Below, one piece after another: positions 10,459 through 19,657 of a DNA stretch of 32,000 bases (the stretch's first letter is position 1; each line of letters starts with the position of its first letter). This DNA comes from Wallemia ichthyophaga EXF-994 (Eukaryota > Fungi > Basidiomycota). Location of the stretch: the NCBI RefSeq assembly GCF_000400465.1, contig NW_008806295.1, positions 144,030 through 176,029 of the forward strand. Reading direction: 5' to 3'. A program made the position numbers and the translations under genes. The notes under the pieces were generated by a model. That model did not search any database. It had not been told where the DNA came from and saw only the letters and a list, made by a program, of their open reading frames with translations.

Positions 10459-11619
10459 ATGCTGCAAGAACTTTTTCAGAGTTGCGCATAATGCACCTTC
10501 TTTCCCAATTTAAAGCTTTAACTCGGCACTCGTCTTGCCTCTTCAAGCCCATCTCCTGGTAGCTCCGCCATCGAGCTTCCACACAACGTTGAGAGGTGTC
10601 TTGCTTTGTATAGCGATCGTTTTTGCTGTTATTGGAAAGATTGTAGAATCAAGTGAAAACTTTGGCACAGAAATGAGCTTAAGCTCTACATTGGCGTCAG
10701 TTTCGTGCACTTAGTGCATCTCAATTTCACCACGCGCAGCCGCATCGATACACCCAAATGAGACTATTCCTCCCAACACTTCTATGGTGACTTGGGATCG
10801 AATGAGGTGTCCCTTTCGAGAAACTACCTCCAATCTATAAAAACTTCGTGTCGGACAATCTGCTTGAGATTGTGAGACATCATTTCCTATCCCTCGCCGT
10901 AATGGGAACATTCGCGCGCTTCGGTCAAGGTATGAACTATGGGTTATCTGCACGCAATATTGCAGTCGCTATCGCGATGGCTGGCCTCGCATGGTCAGAT
11001 CTCGCTCTGGTATATAGTATATTCTACCTCTGAATTTACACATTCACTAAGCTTCGTGGTAAACTCTTCGATAAGAGAATATGACCGCCGATGCTTGGTG
11101 GTCCTCTCGCTGCTGATAATGTACGCACGTTCGGGAATAGCAAATGGTAATGCATGTTTAGGCGCCACTTTATGATGTGCGGTTACATATTAGTCTTACA
11201 TTCAATTGATAGCATTGGTTTTCCTGGAGATATTCCACATTATTGCGGCATCATGGGCAACTTTACTGTTAGCGGTATTTTTCATGAATACTGTATGAGA
11301 TGCACGTATCTTGCTATGTCCATGGGAAAATTTCCTTCTATCAACTTGTTCATCATGTGGGTGTATGTTTGATTTATCAGCCTCAATAATGCTGCACTAC
11401 AGCCATGGCTTAGCCATCATACTTGAAAATGAAGTATACAAACTCACTGGTCGCAAATTCAGCGGCTTTTGGGGCAGCGTGTGGACCTTGATCATTATCA
11501 CAATCCCTGCATTTCCCATTGCTGGGCATATGCTCTTGGGACAAGGCCGCTTGCTGGACTATACGGAGTGGGGCATATGGAGGTAGCTTGTATCTCTCTC
11601 ATTCACCGTTGAAGCTTAG
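10459..11619 (+). pseudogene. MBOAT_2 / wax-synthase-like O-acyltransferase, copy 2 (pseudogene)
   Basis: Colinear with copies 1 and 3, but with in-frame stops at 10511, 10759, 10803, 11031, 11082, 11148 and 11584. It also has frameshifts near 10475 and 10680 and a 95-bp deletion at about 10798 that removes intron 1. Confidence 0.92.
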
Positions 11620-12122
11620 AGCTGAGTTTCATTTATTTCTGAGACAGCTCATAATTCACGGGATAATTTTGTTTGAAGAGGCAAGATTTTCATAGCCCTT
11701 ATGATAGTTTGACTTCCTAAATAGACATTAGTACACTAGAGACGATTCGCTGAATTGATTTTCGGGTATCTGCAACGCATTTGTCTTGGGCGACATTTAA
11801 ACATTCATAAGGCTACTAAAAGCAGTACGAGATGTAGAAAATTATATGGCATGAATTTTTTACCAACTCAACAATTTTGATTTCCTCAATTAAAAGTACG
11901 CTATTGCAAGCCAAAAAGGCGCTCTAGATCGAGCTATTGGCAGCTCCACATCTTTGTTAGGTAGCTGTTCATTACAACTCGCTGTATGTTTCTACCACAG
12001 AAAATAAGGTATTTTCGAGCTATAAATATGAAAAACTATAGAAAAATGAAATCAAAGCGTAATTTCTCCATTTCTTAATCAAAATATCTCAACTATATAG
12101 GGGCTTAAGAGCGAATGATGCA

Positions 12123-13209
12123 ATGGTTGACACGAACGACAACTTTGTTTCAGGAGCGAACTACAAGCTTTTGATAAGCGCGTGTTGCATGCATTCAGTG
12201 CATCTCGCTTTCACCGCACGCAGCCAGATAAACCCACCCAAAGCCGATCGTTCCTCCAAACACTACCATCGCGACTTAGGATGGAGTGGCGCGTTGGAGG
12301 TGCTGACTAGGTGAATCCCGCTTTCGTCGCCTAATATCCATCTAACAGCTCCACAGTTTCCGTGGGATTAGTATGAATTGGGGCGTACCATCTGAGAAAC
12401 TACCTCCAGTCTATGAGAACTTCCTGTCGGACACCCTGCTCGATATTGTAAGACAACATTTCATATCGCGCACCGCAAAGGTCACTCTTGCGCGCTTTGT
12501 TCAAGACAGCAGCGCTGGTATTTCTGGGGAGTTTGTGCGCCATATCACAATCTCTATCACGATGATAATTCTCTCTTGGTCAGATGTCACTATGGTCTAC
12601 GGGGTAGTAAGATTGTTTGTCTACACTTTCACTAAGCTGTGCGGCCAGCATTTTGATAAAAGCAAATGGCCACCTCTGTATAGTGACATATTCGCAGCTG
12701 ATAGTGTACGCACATTTTGGAACAACAAGTGGCACTGTTTGTTTAAGCGCCACATGACGTTGTGTGGATATAAACCTGCTTTCAACTTGATCAACGCTTT
12801 ACTCGTACCTGGAGATATACCACACTATTCAGGAATTATTGGCGCTTTCGCTTTTAGCGGTTTGTTTCACGAGTACTGTTTTAGATGCACGTCTCGGACC
12901 ATGTTCATGGAACAGTTTCCTTCTTTAACGTTTTTCCTCATGTAAGCAGTTAGCTGATTTAGTTCTCCCCGCTCACACTACTACAGTAACGCGTTGGCCA
13001 TAATCTTCGAAAACGAAGTAAAGAAATATACTGGTCGCACTGTCGGCGGTATCTACGGCCGCTTATGGGCCTATGCCATTATCATATTTTCCTCGATTCC
13101 AATGAACTCACAAATATTGTTGGGAATTGGCCCAATGCCGGGCTTTAAAGGCTGGGACACTTGGAAGTGGTATGTGCCTCTCTCACTCGCCATGAAAGCA
13201 GAAGATTAA
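12123..13209 (+). CDS. MBOAT_2 / wax-synthase-like O-acyltransferase, copy 3 (open frame, lacks about 60 N-terminal codons)
   Basis: Motifs WPPLYSDIFAADSVRTFWNNKWH and AFAFSGLFHEY. Exons 12123-12310, 12357-12941 and 12987-13209. Its start, MVDTNDNF, aligns to the internal FDTYDSF of copy 1. Confidence 0.8.
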
Positions 13210-13285
13210 TCAATTTCGTTGTAATCACTCGGATTATAAAGATAGGTAAAATGCATGAGAAATAATATACTTAGAGAGGCATGAT

Positions 13286-16200
13286 CTATGGAATTTCAAG
13301 AGTGGTTTTCAGTCTCTTAATTAGATGCAGGTCTTCTTTGGTGAGATCTGCCGCAAAGTTTTGTTTGAGGACATCGATGCTATTTCTCGAGATATGCGAG
13401 AGGAGTAGATCAGTTTCCTGGAAATGTCTTCCAACCATCTTAGGAGCCTGGTTGTGGAAGTTATCGATCTTGACTGCGATACCGGCACCTGTCTGGTTCT
13501 TCTTCACAATATCCAATGGTTTGTGGTTGATCTCTATACTACCGACTCTACCGAGTGGAACAATCTCCTTCTTGCCCTCACCATTGACTGTCACGACACA
13601 GATAGGCGTACCTACTCTCAAAGTACCGTCGACAATATCACATCCGACGATAATAGGATCTCTGCGCACGAACGCCTGTAGTATCTTCAATCTACAAGGC
13701 CATACTGCGGATGGAGCAGCCTCCTTCTTTTTGTCTTCCACAATCGATTTGTTGTATGCAGTGAATTGATCGAAAAGGTGGTAAATGATATCCGCTTTGA
13801 ATATTTTCACTCCCACTTCATCAGCATACTTGTCGGCTTCTTTATCGACCGGCACATCGAATGCTAAAATGGTAGCGAATTCCTTGGCCTTTTCTAACAT
13901 GACACCAGCTCTAAGGACGTCCTTCCTGAACACAGGTCCGATGTTAATGCCAGATACTGGGATTTTAGAAGAACGCAGGAAATCCAACAAGGCTTCCAAC
14001 GAACCAAGAGTAGAAGCTTGTACGCAGACACCTTTACCTGACTTATCGATTGAGGATAACAGCGTCTGCAGATCACCCATAACTTCCTCCATGAGATCCT
14101 CTTCATCGTCATCTTCTCCGACAACCAACAGACGTGAACCGGCAATAGCTTTGTCGAGGTCTGGTGCGGTAATCTTGACACCCATAGAAGCTTTAATTTC
14201 CTTGTGGTGGACATAAGCGCCCTTGATTCTCATCTCTTTCATTGGCTGTGGAGTGAGTAGGGCTCTTACTTGAGTGACAATGGGTCCGTTCAATCCACAC
14301 ACAACTATTTTATCGCCTTCTCTCAAGATACCATTGCTGAGTACGACATCTATAGTTGTACCCAATCCTTCTATCACCTTAACTTCCAAAACTGTACACT
14401 CAAGTTCTGACAAGTACATAAGTGCACCGCTCATACGCTCTTGAGTAAGGTTGATCAAGAGTTGAAGGAGATCTGGTACACCTTCACCGGTGTGCGCTGA
14501 GGTTGGAACGAGCGAGACGACTTTACCCATTTTCTTGTTGTCGTAGTAGACGCACGAGTTGAGACCTTGCTCGGCGAACTCGAGATTCACTCTGTCAAGT
14601 CTCATGTGGAACTCGCGTCTGACAGCTTCAGATTGCTTGGAGAACGAATCGACGAAGGAATTGTTGGCCATGGTTTCCCATCCGTAAAGACGATCGATCT
14701 GGTGGGGTTTGAGTGGGCTAAATTTGTGATAGCTGTTTACTCACCTTGTTAAGTGCGACAATGAATGGCGTCTTCTTGTCACGAAGAAGTCTGAGAGACT
14801 CGAGTGTTTGTGGTTCAAGACCATGCTTGGGTGGCTGTCAGTGCTGGTATATCAAACGGGACATTACCTACCATAATATCAACGACAAGTACTGCAATGT
14901 TACACAGCGAACTACCTCTAGAACGCAAGTTAGTGAAAGACTCGTGACCAGGAGTATCAATGACAAGTAAACCAGGCAGCTTGTATTCCTGTTTACCCTC
15001 TTTGTCGAGCACCGAGACCTTCTTAATGATATTTTCAATTGGGAAGTACGTAGCACCAATCTGTTGAGTAATACCACCGGCTTCACCTTCTTGAACGTTG
15101 GTTTGACGGATCTTATCGAGGAGCTTAGTTTTACCAGTGTCGACGTGACCGAGAATACAGCAGATAGGTGAGCGAAGGTTGTCTTTGCTACGTGCTGCGA
15201 GGGCGTCTTCGTGGCGCTTGATGCGACGTTCGTGGGCTTCTTCTTTGCGTTTGAGAGCTTCTTTCTGTGCGTTGGATAGCTCTTCTTCGGAGGATTCGTC
15301 GTCTGAGTCTGAGTCTTCGGAGTCTTCTTCAGATGAGCTGTCATCATGTTGGTCATTTGCTGGTTTAGCAGGTGCAGGTGGTGCTGCTGGTTCAGCCTTC
15401 TTGTCTTGATCCTTCTCTTCGTCAGACGATGCATCCCAGTCATCGAGTCCAGGATCACCAGCAGTTTGAGATTCAGCCTTCTTCTCACCCTTGCCCTCAT
15501 CTTCAGAGGAGGTTGCATCCCACCTGTCTTCCTTCTCTTCAGCGGGCTCAGGAACAGGAGCAGGCTCGGCTTCCTTCTTTGGCTCATGAGCTTTCTCGTT
15601 TGATTGAGATGGTTGTTGTTGCTGCTTGCCTTTAGCTGGCTTCTTACCGTAAGTTGGCTTCTTAGGCTTGCTTTCACCGTCCTCTAAACCAGCAACGCGG
15701 ACACCAGATGCTAAGAGAGCTTGACGACGAGCTTCACCAGCAGCCTTCTCTTTCTTTTGCTTATCGGTGAGGTACTTTCCTTCCTTTTTAAGCTGCTCAC
15801 GCTTGGCCTTGTCTTTTTCCTTCTTAAGTAGCTTCTGCTCTTCGTCATAGAGCTCAGCTTCAACAGCAAGACGCTCTTCTTCTTGGATACGCTGCATCTC
15901 CTCCTCCTTAATACGCTTTTCTTCTTCTTCCTTTTTCTTGTTTGCATCAAGTTGAGCTCTAAGAGCAGCTAAACCTGCAGGAGGTTTCTTAGCGGATTTC
16001 TTTTTATCTGCAGGTTTTGGATCTTCTGCGGGTTTATCGGAGGCTTTCTTTTTCTTTTTCTTTTTCTTATCTGCGGCAGAGGCGGATGTATCTTCTGGTT
16101 CGTTTGCGGGAGTAGAATCATCAGGGAGCTGTGTAGAAACCTCAGGCTGTTCAGACTGTTCAGGTTGTGGAGTTGAAGGTTTCTTGTTAGCAGCTTGAGC

Positions 16201-16727
16201 TTTCTTCTTTGCCTTGTCTTTCTCCTTTTTGAGTTTCTCTTTCTCTTTTTTACTGAGGAGTCTAGGAGCATCAGTCTCAGGCTCATGATTAGTCTCAGGC
16301 TTTGCTTCATTTGAAACTTTTGCCTTGTTTTCCATAGCAGCAGTCAAAACAGCGTCTTCATCTTGATCAGATTGCTTCTTATTCTTTTTATTCTTATTCT
16401 TTGACTTGTTTATAGCGCTCATTAAATCACCGTTGTCGTCGTCATCGGAGATTGCTGCCGAGGGTTCTATACTGTCTTCTTCCTCGTCATCGTCGACATC
16501 CTCAACATCCATCGCAGCAAATGCAGATTTCTTTTGTGGCTGTGGGTTTGTGTTTGCATCGTCTGAATCGGCGTCTACGTCTGCGTCGTTGGATACTGGG
16601 ATGGATTCACCAGCTGTTGCCCTGCAATCAAGCTTAATTGATAATCACAGCATTCCCAATCCACTCACCAGAAATCATCTTCATCTTGATTCTTTTTAGA
16701 TTTTTTATTTCCCTTCTTTGGTGGCAT
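13286..16727 (-). CDS. FUN12: Eukaryotic translation initiation factor 5B
   Basis: Motifs [67 protein letters not shown] and NK/IDRLYGW, after a long K/E/D-rich N-terminus beginning [12 protein letters not shown]. Exons 16727-16669, 16621-14872, 14825-14745 and 14698-13286. Confidence 0.97.
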
Positions 16728-16760
16728 CGTGCAAGGCGTTGTTGGCTGTTTAAGCACAAG

Positions 16761-18569
16761 ATGGATTTACTTGAAAGTCTAAATCGCGGAAATTATAATT
16801 TAAATTCAAAGGATATAAATCTGATAATTTTCACAGATGATAAAATATTCAGATTTCTCATTTTACATAAGCTGAATGAGCTAGATCAATTACACTTACT
16901 CAAATCCCACATACACTCCCTTGATGATGCTAAATACGCTGATTTCTTATCCACTCTACTCCAAATCAACCCTGGTTTTTCTATTTCTTTGTTTGACAGG
17001 GATTTACTTTCCTTTCACCCCATTGACTCTCTCTCCCTCCTCAACTCAGCTGCTTCTAACAAATCTGGCTTGAATTTGTTTGACGAAAAGGTTCTTGAAT
17101 TCCTGCACTCAAACTCCATCCATTCTCAATCTCACTCCCTCCTACTATCTACACTCACCCTCATTAAACTTGATAAACACCACAATAAGAGTGAAAATTT
17201 TCAATCTTACTTGGATGCTCTCACAAATATCTCCAACGTACACTCGTCACTCCCTCACTCTCAGTTATCCCTATATCTTGAAGCTTTATCCCACTTATCT
17301 TCATCTTCGAAGATTGCACACAAGCTGTCTCAGCTGTCCACGGTCATCCGTCTAGCGCTTTCTTCCGTCCAAACTCCATCCACTAAAATATCCACACAGC
17401 TCTATTCACAAGAGAATTTACCATCAACCATCCCAGACACATCCACTCAATTCACTCTGTCCACCACTCTCGCCAACATCTGCCAATACGCTCCACCACT
17501 CACTGAAGAAGCGGAGACGATGAAGAAGCTGCAAAAATCTACGAAGCAGGTAGATGCAGAGGAGGAGGAATACATGTCATTCGACAAGGTGCGCCAACGC
17601 AACAGCAATATGCTAGAGATGGGTATTACAGGGGTGTTACCGGTGCTGTCCAAATCCAACTCACTCTTAACGCGCCGCAACACCTCCACCGTCTATCTCG
17701 GCTTGACGAATGACAACACCAACCGCCCACAGCTACTGCGCGACGGAGCGATCAAGGCGCTCCTCAATATGACAACGCACCAACCCGACTCACCAACAAG
17801 TGAAGATCTACACGCCAACCAAGCTCTCGCCAAGATGACTATAACAACCCCACCCAGTGCTTTATACACGCCGCCCATCGCCACCAGTGCCCTGAGCTTC
17901 CTCTCACCTCTAGACGCCTTACTATTTAGAGGATCGCAGCAACTACAGCAATTCGAGGCGATGATGGCGCTTACAAATGTAGCTTCACTGGGAGCGGATG
18001 TTTCCGAGAGGGTGGTATCACGACGTTCTGGGGCTATTCTCGACGCCGCGCAGACACACCTACTCAGCACGCATACGCAGCTACAGCGAGCTGCAGCGGA
18101 GCTCATATGCAATCTCGTCGGAATGTCTGAAGGTGCATTTAGACGATACACAACAGATGCGCGTGCGGGTGTTCATTGCGCTTTGCTTCTCGCGCTTTCG
18201 GACGCTGAATCTTTGTATACTCGTCAAGCTGCGGCGGGTGCGCTGGCACAGTTGTGCGGTATGTCGCCTTTGCCGTGTAAACATATCCTCAGTGAACCGC
18301 AACGGTTCTTGCGCGTACTTATTGCTTTGCTGGGCGATGAAGTCGGATGCGTTCATCGCGCTCTTTGTATCCTCTTAGCTACCCTCGAAGCTTGTCAGGA
18401 GGTGCTCAGGACAGATGAAACCGCGAAAAATGCTATCAATCAGTCAAGGCTTGTACCCACTCTCAAACACCTCATTCCTCGCTTGGCTAGTGAAGAAGGC
18501 ACGCAACTCCTTCCGCTGCTCAAAGACACTATCGTCAAGTTGAAGGAATGTGGGGTGAGTGTGAGCTGA
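16761..18569 (+). CDS. SHE4: UCS-domain myosin chaperone (She4/Cro1/UNC-45 family)
   Basis: Motifs RPQLLRDGAIKALL, ANQALAKMTITTPP, LQQFEAMMALTNVAS, LQRAAAELICNL and RQAAAGALA. The first ATG in the ORF is 16761; the upstream part of the track ORF overlaps eIF5B exon 1. Confidence 0.88.
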   Translation: MDLLESLNRGNYNLNSKDINLIIFTDDKIFRFLILHKLNELDQLHLLKSHIHSLDDAKYADFLSTLLQINPGFSISLFDRDLLSFHPIDSLSLLNSAASNKSGLNLFDEKVLEFLHSNSIHSQSHSLLLSTLTLIKLDKHHNKSENFQSYLDALTNISNVHSSLPHSQLSLYLEALSHLSSSSKIAHKLSQLSTVIRLALSSVQTPSTKISTQLYSQENLPSTIPDTSTQFTLSTTLANICQYAPPLTEEAETMKKLQKSTKQVDAEEEEYMSFDKVRQRNSNMLEMGITGVLPVLSKSNSLLTRRNTSTVYLGLTNDNTNRPQLLRDGAIKALLNMTTHQPDSPTSEDLHANQALAKMTITTPPSALYTPPIATSALSFLSPLDALLFRGSQQLQQFEAMMALTNVASLGADVSERVVSRRSGAILDAAQTHLLSTHTQLQRAAAELICNLVGMSEGAFRRYTTDARAGVHCALLLALSDAESLYTRQAAAGALAQLCGMSPLPCKHILSEPQRFLRVLIALLGDEVGCVHRALCILLATLEACQEVLRTDETAKNAINQSRLVPTLKHLIPRLASEEGTQLLPLLKDTIVKLKECGVSVS

Positions 18570-18659
18570 TTGATGGTGTACGTGGTGCATTTAATCACAT
18601 AGCCATTTGTACACGTCCGAACTATTAAATGTTATACCTCTTTATTCCTACTCTACCCT

Positions 18660-18674
18660 AAAAACGAGACAAAA
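18660..18674 (-). terminator. Pol III oligo-dT terminators of the SRP RNA gene
   Basis: TTTT (18674-18671) and TTTTT (18664-18660) on the minus strand, directly after the SRP RNA 3' helix. Confidence 0.65.
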
Positions 18675-18938
18675 GTCGTTGGAAGACAGAAGTCTCAAAG
18701 CGCGTCTAGCCATTAGACCATCAAATCCACTTTAGAATATCGCGGGAAACGAACCGCCCATGTGCAGTTGCCTGACTGTGGGTGTACACGATTCGCCTTT
18801 ACTCAAGTGAACGAGGACAGATATTACTACCTGGTCGCAACTCGAACCCGCGACTTCAATGGAGATGGTCGTACCAGCGCTCATTGCTAATCCCTCTTAA
18901 GTTTTATCTCACCAACTTCCTGTTGAGCCATTACAGCT
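18672..18938 (-). ncRNA. SCR1: Signal recognition particle RNA (7SL / scR1)
   Basis: The minus strand begins AGCUGUAAUGGCU, the fungal minimal Alu 5' motif. CAGGAAGUU near the 5' end pairs with GACUUCUG near the 3' end (helix 5). There is an internal B-box GGUUCGAGU (18848-18840), a helix-6-like hairpin CAGGUA-GUAA-UAUCUG (18833-18818) and a helix-8-like hairpin CCCA-CAGU-CAG-GCAA-CUG-CACA-UGGG (18782-18757). It ends at T4 and T5 runs; length about 267 nt. Confidence 0.85.
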
Positions 18939-19070
18939 GAAGAAATCTTTGTGCAAGCTCTAACTCATTGTAAAGTTGTTGTGAGGGTGAAATTTGAATA
19001 TTCCACACAATCATCATCATTCAGCACCTCGCTGCAAATTTCATTGTTAAAAGTATGCATAAACTAATAA

Positions 19071-19634
19071 CTACTCATATAGCGGTGATATACGCTCGGA
19101 ATCCTCGTTGGCCCCCTCGATCCAGATATCGAGGTTATGAGGGAGGGAGGCTAGATGACCGCGTATGCATTTCCAAGGTGGTGGAGGACTGCTGTAAGTG
19201 CCTTTGTTTGTCAACATATGACGTCTATCGGAAGCAAAGGATTGGAGGAAGGAGTGTGCGGGAGTGAGATTGATGAAGGCTCTGTATTGATGGGGAGTGT
19301 GAGGGCTGAAAGTGAGATTGAGGTAGTCGCGGGCGTTAGAAACTCTATCGAGTTTTGTGTCTAAATCGATGATGTATTCACTGTCATGAGCTTCAACCAC
19401 GGCAATAACATGATAATCCCAGAGAACCGGGAATGGGTGGGAGTACTGGCTGGCTTGTTGATGGAATAAGAGTACAGATTTGTTTGAATTGCTGATGAAA
19501 CCAACGCGCACTCTAACACCACCAACACAACTCAACGCGTCTATTAAATGATAAGCATTCTCCTCGCAGTAGCAGCTCATGTACTTCGATTGATTTGAAA
19601 TTTCAATTAATTCTCGGTATTTTTCACTTTCCAT
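19071..19634 (-). CDS. NTAQ1: Protein N-terminal glutamine amidohydrolase
   Basis: Motifs CYCEENAY (catalytic Cys), VLWDYHVI (the WDYHV signature) and IIDLDTKL. Intronless. Confidence 0.93.
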   Translation of the reverse strand: MESEKYRELIEISNQSKYMSCYCEENAYHLIDALSCVGGVRVRVGFISNSNKSVLLFHQQASQYSHPFPVLWDYHVIAVVEAHDSEYIIDLDTKLDRVSNARDYLNLTFSPHTPHQYRAFINLTPAHSFLQSFASDRRHMLTNKGTYSSPPPPWKCIRGHLASLPHNLDIWIEGANEDSERISPLYE

Positions 19635-19657
19635 TGCGATGGCTGTTACACTGAACC

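Larger units (their letters stand above)
8100..11915 (+). repeat. Homologous non-coding spacer blocks upstream of each MBOAT copy (duplication unit about 1.8-2.0 kb)
   Basis: Shared core CTAT(CC/TG)CAAGCCAAA at 8113-8127, 10090-10104 and 11901-11915. Further shared blocks include aaggcaagat/gaggcaagat, aaggct(g/a)cta and aactc(a/g)ctgtatgt. Confidence 0.8.

Noticed and set aside
10459-11619. RIP as the cause of MBOAT copy 2 decay
   Set aside because: The stops include transversions (GGA to TGA, TGC to TGA) and there are indels; the mixed spectrum fits ordinary neutral decay.
15170-16520. Repetitive-looking sequence and multiple overlapping ORFs in the eIF5B 5' half
   Set aside because: This is low-complexity K/E/D coding sequence typical of the eIF5B N-terminus; it is not a repeat array, CRISPR or mobile element.
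18823-18834. U1 snRNA-like ATTACTACCTGG on the plus strand
   Set aside because: It does not match ATACTTACCTGG, and it is explained as the antisense of the SRP RNA helix-6 hairpin.
18732-18890. Short ORFs (about 50 aa) on both strands between SHE4 and NTAQ1
   Set aside because: They lie inside the SRP RNA, and the RNA motifs explain the sequence better.
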